Part shown: in pieces, positions 1-10,838 of the stretch
How positions within the stretch are numbered: the first letter of the stretch is position 1
Layout: each line of letters starts with the position of its first letter
Assembly: GCA_963782055.1 (NCBI GenBank)
Contig: CAWAIF010000003.1
Coordinates: 4,928,001 to 4,992,000, forward strand
Direction: 5' to 3'
Origin: an uncultured delta proteobacterium
Lineage (GTDB): Bacteria > Myxococcota_A > Polyangia > Polyangiales > Polyangiaceae
DNA: 64,000 nucleotides
Notes under the pieces: generated by a model
Database searches by the model: none
Told to the model about the DNA's origin: nothing
What the model saw: only the letters and a program-made list of their open reading frames with translations
Program-made: the position numbers and the translations under genes

Positions 1-463
1 CGGTGATGCGGCCGAGGGTCGTGGGGAGCTTGAGGCCGCGCGCCGTCATGGCGAGCGCGGCGCCGGTGATGACGCTCGGATCGCTGGTGCGCGCCCAGCC
101 GTTGGCGGCGTCGTAGCCGCCGTAGATGCCGACGCCGTCGGCCAGGGCGATGGTCTTCGGCTCGTCGTAGCTGCCGACGGCGACGAGGATCTGCGTCTTC
201 TGCGACGACTGCGCGAGAGACACCGCCGCCGAGATGGTGCGCAGCGGCTTGTCCATCGTCCCCGGGTTGAGATCGTTGCCGGTGGGCGCGACGAAGAGGG
301 CGGCGTTCTTCTGGCCGTCGATGCCGTCGCAGTCGGCGTCCTGGTTCAGCCTGTCGGGCAGGTCCACGCCCTCGCAGACGTTGCCGCCGCCGAGGGCGCA
401 GGCCGCCAGGACGAAGCCGAAGAGTCCCGCGCCAAGGAAGACCGAGGTCAAGCCGGATCGCAC
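1..463 (-). CDS. Exported lipoprotein, DUF1565/beta-helix-associated type (3' end runs off the window)
   Basis: Translated by hand (not in ORF track) from GTG at 463: MRSGLTSVFLGAGLFGFVLAAC (lipobox LAAC)...DADCDGIDG...LFVAPTGNDLNPGTMDKPLRTISAAV...VAVGSYDE...GIYGGYD. The FVxxxGxDxNPGTxxxPxxTI motif is typical of DUF1565-type N-termini. The frame is open to the window edge. Confidence 0.75.
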   Translation of the reverse strand, partial: MRSGLTSVFLGAGLFGFVLAACALGGGNVCEGVDLPDRLNQDADCDGIDGQKNAALFVAPTGNDLNPGTMDKPLRTISAAVSLAQSSQKTQILVAVGSYDEPKTIALADGVGIYGGYDAANGWARTSDPSVITGAALAMTARGLKLPTTLGRIT

Positions 464-517
464 GAGACTAGGGTTTCATCGAGCCGCCCCGCGCGCAAGC
501 GATTGCGGCGGGTGCTG

Positions 518-1180
518 TCAGGGGGCGAGGGTGAGCCGAAGTGGGCCCGTATCCCCCGTCTTCATGGCGGCCGTGGAGGCCGACGCGTCGTCACGGCGCA
601 CCGAGACCTCGACGTGGCCCTCCTTCTCCGCGCCAATCGACGCGAGGGGGATCGCCATCTCGGCGAGCCACTCCTCGTCGTCGTCGCCCTCCTTGTCGAG
701 CGTGCCGTCCATGTCGCACCCGACGCGCACGCCGAGCCCCTCGGCGCCGTGGAGACGACACGCCGGGTCGACCGCGAAGCGGACCGTCTTGCCTCCTGCC
801 GACAGGGAGACGGAGAACCGGTCGCGATCGCTGCGCAGGTCCGCGTCCGCCGCGTAGAGGCCCACGTAGAGCACCCCTGGCCCCCACAGGAAGCGCGCGT
901 CGGAGTAAGGCACGAGCTCCGCGCCCGACGGGTCGTGGAAGGCGCCGGAGCGCGCCGCCGCGTGCCAGTCCTTCTGGTCGAGCTCCCCGTCGATCTTCAC
1001 CGGAGTGGCCACCTCGGGCACGACGAGCTCCCCCTCCACGGTGACCGGCGAGGAGGGAACCGCGGTCGGACGCGCCTGCGCGTCCTTCACGTGGAGGTAC
1101 GCGAACACCCCGACCACGGCCGCCACCGCCACCGCAACCCCACCCGCAGCCACGAGGGCGTCAGGGTGCGGGGCTGCCAT
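518..1180 (-). CDS. Membrane-anchored CBM9/DOMON-like sugar-binding domain protein
   Basis: N-terminal TM helix, then PVKIDGELDQKDW...ARFLWGPGVLYVG...D...WLAEMAIPL, matching the CBM9-like pattern. Confidence 0.6.
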   Translation of the reverse strand: MAAPHPDALVAAGGVAVAVAAVVGVFAYLHVKDAQARPTAVPSSPVTVEGELVVPEVATPVKIDGELDQKDWHAAARSGAFHDPSGAELVPYSDARFLWGPGVLYVGLYAADADLRSDRDRFSVSLSAGGKTVRFAVDPACRLHGAEGLGVRVGCDMDGTLDKEGDDDEEWLAEMAIPLASIGAEKEGHVEVSVRRDDASASTAAMKTGDTGPLRLTLAP

Positions 1181-2537
1181 CAGGGTGCACCGCGAAGCGG
1201 TAGCTCGTGTCCGACTTGAGGGTCTGGGAGTTGATCATGTCCACCTGGATCGCGCCGTCGTTCCGCTGGGTGACCAGGGCGAAGCCGTAGCTCGTGCTGG
1301 TGAGCGGCGCGCCCCCGTTGCCCACGATGATGCAGTGCTGGCTCGGGTAGTGGTCGTACTTGTGCGTGTGGCCGTTGATCTCCAGCGTGAGCGGGTACTT
1401 GGCGATGATCGTCTCGCTGGGCGGCACGCCCGGCGCGGTGTTCGCGTAGTAGGCCTCGTGGCGCACGACGAAGGTGTAGGTCGTCTTCTGCGCGAGGGTC
1501 TGCGACAGCCAGCTCGACTGCGCGGAGTCCCACGCGTTGGCGGCGATGAAGACGAACTTCGCCGTCCATGCGTTGTTCGGCTCGTGGACGTTGACCGAGT
1601 AGTACGGCGTGCTCTTGCCGAGCGGCTGGAGGAAGGTGCTCAAGAACGCCGAGTAGTTCTTGGTGACGCCGTCCTTGTTGCCCGAGCCGCAGTTGGAGGC
1701 GGTGGCGCCGGTGCACTCGTGGTTGCCCATCGCCGGGAACTCGACGCCCTGGAAGGGGGAGCGCGCCTTGACGTACAGGTCGAGCTGCGGCTGGGCCTCG
1801 GCGCCGTAGGTGGACGCGAACATGTAGTCGCCCGTCGCGACGGCGAAGGGCGGCGGGGTGGTGAGTCCGGCGATGTCGGAGAAGATCTTGCCGATGACGC
1901 TCGACGGATAGCCGCTCGTGTCGTCGATGGTGGGTGGCCGCGTGTCGCCGACGACGGCGAAGTAGAGGCTCGTCTCGGTCCCGCCGTTGCCGTCGATGCT
2001 GCCGGTGACCTGGCCGGCGTCGGGCAGCCCGCCGTCGCCCGCGGCGGAGCCGCAGTTCTGCGGCGGCGCCTGGCACTTGCTCGTGTTGGTGTCGCACCAC
2101 CAGCCGCCGTAGCACCCGTTGGGCTGGCAGTTCTTCCCGGAGCACGACGAGCACCCGGCGGGGGTGTTGGGGTCGGCGAGGCCAGGGCAGCTGCCTGGGC
2201 CGGCGTCCGGCGTGGGGGGCGCCGAGCCGCAGTTGTCGCTCGGGACGCACGCGTTCGAGGGCTGTCCCTCCGCGGTCGTCACGCCCGTGCAGGAGGTGCC
2301 GGCGCCACACTCGTTGCCGTTCGGGCAGCTGGTGGCGCAGTAGCTGTCGCCGCCGATCTGCGCGCACACGCCGCCCTGGCAATCGGTGTCGACGACGCAC
2401 GGCTGGCAGGTGACGCCCGCGTCGCTTGCGTCGGCGCCGCCATCGCCCGGACCAAAGCCGTCGTCTCTTGCGCACGAAGCCGCTGCGAGCAGGAGGAGCC
2501 CGGCGACTCCCGCCCCCATCACGCTACTTAGTTCCAA
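1161..2537 (-). CDS. Lipoprotein with Cys-rich N-terminal region and calcineurin-like metallophosphoesterase domain
   Basis: Lipobox AASC; metallophosphoesterase motifs VGDTR, TGDY, MGNHE, VRH, NGHTH. The exact start may be a few codons downstream. Confidence 0.85.
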   Translation of the reverse strand: MELSSVMGAGVAGLLLLAAASCARDDGFGPGDGGADASDAGVTCQPCVVDTDCQGGVCAQIGGDSYCATSCPNGNECGAGTSCTGVTTAEGQPSNACVPSDNCGSAPPTPDAGPGSCPGLADPNTPAGCSSCSGKNCQPNGCYGGWWCDTNTSKCQAPPQNCGSAAGDGGLPDAGQVTGSIDGNGGTETSLYFAVVGDTRPPTIDDTSGYPSSVIGKIFSDIAGLTTPPPFAVATGDYMFASTYGAEAQPQLDLYVKARSPFQGVEFPAMGNHECTGATASNCGSGNKDGVTKNYSAFLSTFLQPLGKSTPYYSVNVHEPNNAWTAKFVFIAANAWDSAQSSWLSQTLAQKTTYTFVVRHEAYYANTAPGVPPSETIIAKYPLTLEINGHTHKYDHYPSQHCIIVGNGGAPLTSTSYGFALVTQRNDGAIQVDMINSQTLKSDTSYRFAVHPDGSPAP

Positions 2538-2636
2538 AGGAAGACTCCTTGCCGTCGGTGTGCGTGAATTCAGCGGGACGGCGCGTGCCGCCGCGGCGAC
2601 CAGTCCAAGGAGGGATGGGACTTCATTCCCACCCTC

Positions 2637-3647
2637 TCAGTTCGGCGGAAGGACGGTGATGGTCGCGCTCGTCGTCACGCCGGCGCCGGACCAGCCGACG
2701 GTGATCTGCGCGAACTGCTGCAGCGAGGTGCCGGTGCCGTTGGCGCCGATCTCGATGAGCTGCGCCGGCTTGCCCGAACCGAGTCGCGAGAAGGCGTAGA
2801 CCTTGTCGTTCCACGCACCCACACCGTACAGGCGCCCGAAGCCAGAGCCCGACCCGAGGAACTGCTTCTTCAGGTCCCCTGGCGTCTTGCTCTGGTAGGC
2901 CGTCTGCATCGCGGGCACGTCCACCTCGGCGAGGATGTCGCTGGTGGTGGAGCAGGAGCCACCGCCCTTCTGGCAGGTACGGACGGTGGCGAGCCCGCGC
3001 GGCTTGCCGTTCTGCGTGTAGAAGACGACGTCGCCGGAGAGCTCGTACGGGTTGCCGGAGCCGTCGACGCCGAAGGAGCCGAGGTCGGTGGTGGTGCCGT
3101 TGGTGGCGACGGCGTAGAGCTCGCCCTGGTTGTCGCCGGCGACGAGCGTCTCGCTGGCGTCGAGAACGCCGGCAGGGGCGAAGCCGAGGGCGTAGAACTT
3201 CTGGCTGTTCTTGGTGGCGATGCTGGTCACCTTCTGCAGCTTCACCGCGCCCGTGCCGTTCGGGAGCGTGGCGCGGAAGATGGCCGTCTCGGTGTTGACC
3301 CACACGTCGCCGGCAGCGTTCACCGCGAGGTCGGTCACCGGGGCCAGCGATCCGCTCCCGTCGTCGAAGGGCCCGATGTCGGTCACGGCATGAGACGCCG
3401 GGTCCATCGAGTACAGCTCCGTGTCGGTGTTGGCGTAGATGACCGGCGGGCCGGCGGCGTCGCCGCCCGTGGCGCCGTCGCCGCCCTTGAAGCCGGAGTC
3501 GTCCACCGCGCCCGCGTCGCCCGCGTCGGGGCCGCCGAAGGGGTTGCCGGCGTCGCCGCCGAACCCGTTGCCCCCGGTCGAGCAGGCGGCGAGCAGGCAC
3601 GCGCCCGCCGCCAGCCTCGCTACCCCCGACGTGATGTCCGTTCGCAT
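2637..3647 (-). CDS. Lipoprotein with probable beta-propeller domain
   Basis: True start MRTDITSG...LLAAC (the longer ORF upstream is the antisense shadow of obgE). DAG-rich linker, then repeated beta-strand blades (VTDLAVNAAGDVWV, ALGFAP, LYAV). Confidence 0.7.
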   Translation of the reverse strand: MRTDITSGVARLAAGACLLAACSTGGNGFGGDAGNPFGGPDAGDAGAVDDSGFKGGDGATGGDAAGPPVIYANTDTELYSMDPASHAVTDIGPFDDGSGSLAPVTDLAVNAAGDVWVNTETAIFRATLPNGTGAVKLQKVTSIATKNSQKFYALGFAPAGVLDASETLVAGDNQGELYAVATNGTTTDLGSFGVDGSGNPYELSGDVVFYTQNGKPRGLATVRTCQKGGGSCSTTSDILAEVDVPAMQTAYQSKTPGDLKKQFLGSGSGFGRLYGVGAWNDKVYAFSRLGSGKPAQLIEIGANGTGTSLQQFAQITVGWSGAGVTTSATITVLPPN

Positions 3648-3914
3648 GGAGCCCTCTTTTATGCGCGTGAAGTCTCCGCCGATCAAGAACCCGCCCGGCG
3701 GACGGACGAGAGGCGGCTCTGTCAGAGTACCTGCTTCCCCCGCCGGGCAGGCGGTGGTGAGCACCGGCCACCGATCTTTCGCTGCCGGCACGCCCGACGC
3801 GGCAATCCGCCCTTCCTGACGGAGGCGGATCGCCCAGCTGGAGGCAGGGGGGACACGGGGGAGCGGGCTCCGCCGTCCCGCCCGACACGCCCGGAGGTGG
3901 TAGAGTCCCGCGCC

Positions 3915-4991
3915 GTGCGCTTCGTAGACACGTGCGAGCTCCGCGTCGTGGCGGGCAACGGCGGCAACGGGTGCGTGGCCTTCCGGCGGGAGAAGTACCT
4001 CCCGCACGGCGGCCCGTCCGGTGGGGACGGCGGCAAGGGCGGCGACGTCGTCTTCGTGGTGGACCCGGGCATGTCCACCCTGCTCGACCTGACCTACCAG
4101 CACACCCTCGAGGCGAAGCGGGGCGAGCACGGCCGGGGCAAGGATCAGTACGGCGCGGCGGGCGCCGACCGCATCGTGCGCGTCCCCCTCGGCACGCAGG
4201 TGTTCGAGGTGGAGAGCGGGGACGTGCTCTTCGACCTGAAGCAACCCGGCGAGCGCGTCGTCATCGCGCGCGGCGGGGCCGGCGGCCGGGGCAACATCCA
4301 CTTCGCCACGCCGCAGGACCGCGCACCCCGGCGGGCGGAGCCGGGGGAGGCGGGCGAAGAGCGGCGCATCCGGCTGGAGCTCAAGGTCATGGCCGACGTG
4401 GGCCTGCTCGGCTTCCCCAACGTCGGCAAGTCCACCTTCATCCGCGCCGTCTCGCGCGCCAAGCCGAAGGTCGCCGACTACCCCTTCACGACCCTGACGC
4501 CGCACCTGGGCGTGGTGTCGCTCGGCGAGGAGCATGGCTTCGTCCTCGCCGACATCCCCGGCCTCATCCCCGGCGCCGCCGAGGGCGCGGGCCTGGGCAT
4601 CCAGTTCCTCAAGCACGTCGAGCGCACGCGCGCGCTCCTCCACCTGATCACCCTCGATCCCGGTGAGGGGCGCGATCCGGTGAAGGACTTCGCCGCGCTC
4701 ACGAAGGAGCTCGACAAGTTCTCCCCCGAGCTCGCCGGGCGCCCCACCATCGTGGCCATGTCCAAGGCGGACCTGCCCGACGTGCGCGACGCCTACAAGC
4801 GCGTCCGGACGGCGTTCAAGCGCAAGGGCATCGAGGTGCGGCTGGTCTCCGCCGCCACGGGCGAGGGCGTGCGCGATCTGCTATTTGCACTCTACACGCT
4901 TCTCTCCGCGCCCCCCGCCGCGCCGGAGGCGAAGCCCGAGGCGAAGAAGACGAAGAAGACGAACAAGACGAACAAGACCGCGGGCCGATGA
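3915..4991 (+). CDS. obgE: GTPase ObgE/CgtA
   Basis: GTG start, VRFVD...GNGGNGCVAFRREKY..GGPSGGDGGKGG; G1 GFPNVGKST, G2 YPFTT, G3 DIPG. Confidence 0.97.
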   Translation: MRFVDTCELRVVAGNGGNGCVAFRREKYLPHGGPSGGDGGKGGDVVFVVDPGMSTLLDLTYQHTLEAKRGEHGRGKDQYGAAGADRIVRVPLGTQVFEVESGDVLFDLKQPGERVVIARGGAGGRGNIHFATPQDRAPRRAEPGEAGEERRIRLELKVMADVGLLGFPNVGKSTFIRAVSRAKPKVADYPFTTLTPHLGVVSLGEEHGFVLADIPGLIPGAAEGAGLGIQFLKHVERTRALLHLITLDPGEGRDPVKDFAALTKELDKFSPELAGRPTIVAMSKADLPDVRDAYKRVRTAFKRKGIEVRLVSAATGEGVRDLLFALYTLLSAPPAAPEAKPEAKKTKKTNKTNKTAGR

Positions 4992-6016
4992 GCGACAAGA
5001 CCGAGGAGCCCACCCCGAAGAGACTCCGCAAGGCTCGCGAGGAGGGCGACAGCGGGCAGAGCGCCTTCGCGGCGCAGGCGCTGTCCTTCCTCGTGGCGGT
5101 GGTGCTCGTGCCCTCGGCGGCGCTGGCGCTCTTCTCCCGGACACGCGAGCTCTTGCTCTCTTCCATCGCTCGGGCCGCGGACGCAACTCCGGGCGCCCCC
5201 GACCCGACGGGCGTCGCATGGACCGTCGTGGCCATCGTGACACCGCTCCTGCTCGCGGCGGGGCTCACCGCCGGGGCCGCGCAGCTCGTGCAGACCGGCG
5301 GGTTCGTCGCGACCAAGAAGCTGACGCCCAAGCTGGATCACCTCAACCCGATCAGCGGCTTCAAGAACCTCTTCTCGACGGCGCGCCTCTTCGCAGTGCT
5401 GCGCGCATTCTTGGGCGGCGGTGCGGTGGCGTACCTGGCCTACCGCGGCCTGCGCGAGCACGCCGCGGACATCGCGCGGCTCTCCGGCCGGCTGGGCTAC
5501 GTGGGACGCGTGTCCGGAGAGGTGGCCTACCGCATGTGCCGTGACGCCGCCCTGCTCGGCCTCGCCATCGGCGCCGCGGACCTGGTCGTCGTGCGCCGCG
5601 GCTGGATGAAGCGCCTGCGCATGAGCAAGGACGAGGTGAAGCGCGAGTACAAGGAGAGCGAGGGCGACCCGCAGACCAAGGCGGCGCGGGAGCGCGCGCG
5701 CCACGAGATGCTCTCCGCCGCCGCCGTCCGCAACGTGAAGAACGCAACTGTCGTCGTCGTCAACCCGACGCACATCGCGTGCGCGCTGCGCTACGACGAG
5801 GAAGAGGGCGACGAGGCGCCGGTGGTGCTCGCCGTCGGCGAGGGCGATCTCGCGCGGCAGATCGTGCAGGCCGCGCACGCGTACGGCGTGCCCGTCCTGC
5901 AGGACGTCCCGCTGGCCCGCGCGCTGGTGGAGCTGCAGCCCGGCGATCAGATCCCGGAGGAGCTCTACGAGGCGGTCGCCGAGATCCTGCGGGAGGCCTG
6001 GAGCGCGCCGGGGTGA
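4988..6016 (+). CDS. FlhB/YscU/EscU (SctU) family type III export switch protein
   Basis: N-terminal KTEEPTPKRLRKAREEG, four TM segments, MSKDEVKREYKESEGDP, NPTH autocleavage motif, GVPVLQDVPLARAL...IPEELYEAVAEIL. Overlaps the obgE stop (ATGA). Confidence 0.93.
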   Translation: MSDKTEEPTPKRLRKAREEGDSGQSAFAAQALSFLVAVVLVPSAALALFSRTRELLLSSIARAADATPGAPDPTGVAWTVVAIVTPLLLAAGLTAGAAQLVQTGGFVATKKLTPKLDHLNPISGFKNLFSTARLFAVLRAFLGGGAVAYLAYRGLREHAADIARLSGRLGYVGRVSGEVAYRMCRDAALLGLAIGAADLVVVRRGWMKRLRMSKDEVKREYKESEGDPQTKAARERARHEMLSAAAVRNVKNATVVVVNPTHIACALRYDEEEGDEAPVVLAVGEGDLARQIVQAAHAYGVPVLQDVPLARALVELQPGDQIPEELYEAVAEILREAWSAPG

Positions 6017-6017
6017 C

Positions 6018-7076
6018 TCATCCCTTCCCCATCGGCGAAGGGAACTGCGAGAAGCTCGGCGTGCGCGGGTACGAGACCAGCATGGAGCTGATGCGCGCCG
6101 CGCCCTCGGCGTGGCCGACGCGCGCGTAGAGCTTGGCGAGGAAGGCGAGACACGCGGCCTGCGCCTTCTTGTCGTCGCCGTCACGCGCGCGGGCGAGGGC
6201 GTCCATCCCCTCCACCAGCGCCTCGTCCGGGCGGCCGGCGGTCGCCAGCGCGAAGGCGAGGGCGAGGGAGGACTGGCAGCGCACCGTCGGCGGCTCGTCC
6301 GCCGCGAGCATCTGGCTCTGTCGCAGCGCGCGCACCGCGTCACCGATCTGCCCGCGCGAGAGGCGCGCGATGGCGCGCATGCGGTCCGCCAGCGCGTCGT
6401 GTTCTCCCGTCGCGCGGAGCCCCTCGCTCAGCCGCGCCAGCGACTGCGCGTTGCCGGAGAGCAGCGCCTGGCGCGTGAGCTCCACCATCCGCTCGGCGAA
6501 GCGCTCCGGCTCCTCGCCCGGGGGGACCGACCCGGGCGCCGGCTCCGGCGCCTGCTCGCTCGGCGGCGGGGTCTCGCTCACCGCGCCCCACGGCGACTGG
6601 ACGTCCAGCCGCACGCCCTCCACCTCGCGCCCGGTGTCCATCCCGCGGCGCATGCCCGCGCCGCGCAGCTCCCCGCGCGCGAGCGCGGTCACGCTGGCGT
6701 CGACCAGGACCTCGCCGGGCTCGGCGATCCGCGCCAGCGCCACCAATCGCACCAGCGGCTCGCCCCACGCCAGGCCCGCGCGCTGGCCGGCGGGCGCCAG
6801 CGGCTCCATCGGCCCCTCGGCGATGCCGCACGTCCACGCGCCCTCGGCGGGCACGGCGTCCTCGCGCAGGCTGACCGCAAGGGTGACGGCCTCCTCCACG
6901 GAGTCCAGGTCCCACGCGAAGGCGACCGTCGTCGCGCCCCACCCCACCAGCTGCGCCCCGAGCGCCTCCGCGCGACGAGTCAGCGCCCGGGCCTCGTCGA
7001 GGTAACGCCGCGCGCCGCGCACCGCGACGCCCCAGCTGGGCATCCTGCAGCACACGACGACCTGACGCGGCAACAA
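6018..7076 (-). CDS. Hypothetical protein: degenerate class III nucleotidyl-cyclase-like domain plus C-terminal TPR-like helices
   Basis: CGIAEGP...WGEPLVRLVALARIAEPGEVLVD resembles the cyclase GIxxG...GDxVNxAARL..A.PGEILV pattern without catalytic residues. Helical Ala/Leu repeats at the C-terminus. Start uncertain. Confidence 0.55.
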   Translation of the reverse strand: MLPRQVVVCCRMPSWGVAVRGARRYLDEARALTRRAEALGAQLVGWGATTVAFAWDLDSVEEAVTLAVSLREDAVPAEGAWTCGIAEGPMEPLAPAGQRAGLAWGEPLVRLVALARIAEPGEVLVDASVTALARGELRGAGMRRGMDTGREVEGVRLDVQSPWGAVSETPPPSEQAPEPAPGSVPPGEEPERFAERMVELTRQALLSGNAQSLARLSEGLRATGEHDALADRMRAIARLSRGQIGDAVRALRQSQMLAADEPPTVRCQSSLALAFALATAGRPDEALVEGMDALARARDGDDKKAQAACLAFLAKLYARVGHAEGAARISSMLVSYPRTPSFSQFPSPMGKG

Positions 7077-7092
7077 TCCTTCCCTTCCGGGC

Positions 7093-7800
7093 CTAGACGC
7101 GGATGCGCTTCTTCAGCGCCGCGAGGTCCTCGTCCACCTGGTTTTCCCCCTTCGGCCCGGACTTGCCGCCCATGCCCGCCTCCAGATCGCGGAACTTGGC
7201 TTCCAGGTCTCGCTTCTCGGTGGTGCCGAGGGCGTCCTCGACCTCCGCCATCGCCGAGTTCTCCGCCTCGCGGCCCTCGATCTTCTCCTCCAGCTCGCGG
7301 AAGCTGTCGAAGGCGCTGGAGCCGCCCTTCGCGCCGAGGCCCTCCGCGCCACCGCCGCCCTTCGCCTGCTGCGCGCGCGCGGCGATGGTGTTCTTGCGCA
7401 TCTTGATGTCCTCGAGCTTCGTCTCCATGCGGTCGAGCTCTTCCTTCATCGTGAGCGCCTGGTTGCGCGCCTCCATGCGGGCCTTGTCGGTGGCCCCGAC
7501 CTCCGTCATGACGCGGCGCTTCTGCTTGAGCGCCTCCCGCGCGAGGGCCTCGTCCCCGCTCTTGAGGGCGAGCTCCGCGCGCTTGTCCCAGCGCTCGACG
7601 TCGGCGTTCATGTCGTCGACCTTCTTGCGGAGCTGCTTCTCGGCGGCGACGGCGGCGATCACCTCCTGCCGGGCCTGCTTGAGCTGCGAGCCCATCTCGT
7701 CCACGTTGAGCTCGAGCAGCTTCTTGTCGTCCTCTGCCTTGTCCAGCAGGGAGTTCAGGTTGCTGCTGATGACCTTGCCCATGCGGTCGAAGATTCCCAT
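7093..7800 (-). CDS. pspA: PspA/IM30 family protein
   Basis: MGIFDRMGKVISSNLNSLLDKAED...A.LAL..G.E.LAREAL...FDSFRELEEKI...DEDLAALKKR; coiled coil. Confidence 0.92.
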   Translation of the reverse strand: MGIFDRMGKVISSNLNSLLDKAEDDKKLLELNVDEMGSQLKQARQEVIAAVAAEKQLRKKVDDMNADVERWDKRAELALKSGDEALAREALKQKRRVMTEVGATDKARMEARNQALTMKEELDRMETKLEDIKMRKNTIAARAQQAKGGGGAEGLGAKGGSSAFDSFRELEEKIEGREAENSAMAEVEDALGTTEKRDLEAKFRDLEAGMGGKSGPKGENQVDEDLAALKKRIRV

Positions 7801-7836
7801 CGCGGTCTCCTTACTCGAACGATACCCACGTTGGCC

Positions 7837-9774
<1,938 letters not shown>

Positions 9775-9780
9775 GAGAGG

Positions 9781-9957
9781 CTAGCGGCGGCCCTTGAAGC
9801 CCATCATGCCCTGCACGACCGACTCGCTCGCCTCGGCGATCTCCTCCGCCTCCCGCATGCGGTCGGCGCAGTCCTCGCACATCTTCTTCGGCTTCCCTCC
9901 GACCTTCACCGTGACCAGCGCGTCGACCTCGTCGTCACACTCTTTGCAGGTGGGCAT
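9781..9957 (-). CDS. Small (58 aa) CxxC-CxxC putative zinc-binding protein
   Basis: Translated by hand, below the ORF-track cutoff: MPTCKECDDEVDALVTVKVGGKPKKMCEDCADRMREAEEIAEASESVVQGMMGFKGRR. GC3-rich codons; ends 6 nt before the kinase start. Confidence 0.75.
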   Translation of the reverse strand: MPTCKECDDEVDALVTVKVGGKPKKMCEDCADRMREAEEIAEASESVVQGMMGFKGRR

Positions 9958-9968
9958 CGGGGATCAGC

Positions 9969-10124
9969 TTACCATTTCACCTTCACCGGCGGGCTGGCCA
10001 GGGCGAACGTGCCGCCCCCGAGCTGGCCGTCCGAGTCCTCGCCCCAGCACCAGAGCGACTTGGCGGTGAGCGCGCAGGCGTGCGCGAGTCCCGCGGCGAT
10101 GGCGCGCGCCGACGCGGCGCGTCG
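9969..10124 (-). pseudogene. Start-less RCC1-repeat C-terminal fragment
   Basis: Reads ...ARAIAAGLAHACALTAKSLWCWGEDSDGQLGGGTFALASPPVKVKW-stop, one clear RCC1 repeat (IAAG..H.CAL...WCWG....GQLG). It directly follows, in frame, the TGA of the four-helix-bundle gene and has no start codon ahead of the repeat. Confidence 0.7.
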
Positions 10125-10448
10125 TCAGTGCCCGCCCGCCAGCCGTACCAGCGTGCCGAGCACGTGATCGAAGCGCCCGCGCACCTCCGGCTCCAGCTCC
10201 TTCACGTACCCGAGCGCCACGCCCACCTCGAAGCAGGCCTGCACCTCCCGCAGCGATCCCAGCGCCGTGTGATACCGCGCCGCCCTGTTCCGCCCCCGCG
10301 AGTACATCCCCTCCGCCACGTTCAGCGGCGCGCTCGCCAGCGCCCGCCGGCACTGCCGCGCGAGATCCGCGTCACGCCGCTCGAGCTCACGCACCATGGG
10401 CGCCAGCACCCGAACCAGCTCCAGAAGGACAGGGTAGATCTTCAGCAT
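10125..10448 (-). CDS. Four-helix-bundle protein (23S rRNA intervening-sequence protein-like family)
   Basis: MLKIY...DLARQCRRALASAPLNVAEG...ALGSLREVQACFEVGVALGY fits the family motif L..Q..RA..S...N.AEG...A.GS..E. Confidence 0.88.
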   Translation of the reverse strand: MLKIYPVLLELVRVLAPMVRELERRDADLARQCRRALASAPLNVAEGMYSRGRNRAARYHTALGSLREVQACFEVGVALGYVKELEPEVRGRFDHVLGTLVRLAGGH

Positions 10449-10669
10449 CGTGCAGCTCCGCGTTCGCGCCCGCGCACCGCGCGCGGGGCAACCGCCCCGA
10501 CCCGCCGCGCGCAGGAGCTGTCGAGGCTGCGCGCGAAGCGCGCACCGCGCGCAGCCGCCCGGAGCCGCGCGCAGGGCGCAAAGCGCCCGAGTACGGCGAG
10601 GACGGCGAGCACGGCCCGGCCTCGACAGCTCCGAGCACGGCGGGAGAATCGACCTCCCCGAGCGAGCCC

Positions 10670-10838
10670 TCCCCTCCCCTCTCACGCTCGCTCCCTCCCT
10701 CTCGCGCTCGCTCCCCCTCTCCCTCTCGCGCTCGCTCCCCCTCTCCCTCTCGCGCTCGCTCTCGCTGAGGCGCGGGCGCGAGGCGCGGGCGCGAGGCGCG
10801 GGCGCGGGCGCGAGGCGCGAGGCGCGAGGCGCGAGCGG
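10670..10838. repeat. Bipartite low-complexity tandem repeat: pyrimidine-rich 24-bp units followed by GAGGCGC/GGGCGC short repeats
   Basis: CTCGCGCTCGCTCCCCCTCTCCCT at 10701-10724 and 10725-10748 with partial copies on either side. About 70 nt of GAGGCGC/GGGCGC units follow from 10767. The two halves are partly complementary (CTCGCGC vs GCGCGAG). Confidence 0.85.

Noticed and set aside
4930..4985. 9-bp repeats (AAGAAGACG/AACAAGACG) at the obgE 3' end
   Set aside because: They simply encode a Lys-rich disordered tail (KKTKKTNKTNKT) and stay in frame.
10119..10130. In-frame TGA before the RCC1 fragment as a selenocysteine codon
   Set aside because: The position is not a Cys-equivalent catalytic site, no SECIS was recognised, and the four-helix-bundle domain is already complete.
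10125..10448. Four-helix-bundle gene as Avd of a diversity-generating retroelement
   Set aside because: No reverse transcriptase and no template/variable repeat pair were seen in the window.
10681..10838. Tandem repeats as a possible CRISPR array
   Set aside because: Units are adjacent low-complexity repeats with no unique spacers, and no cas genes are present.
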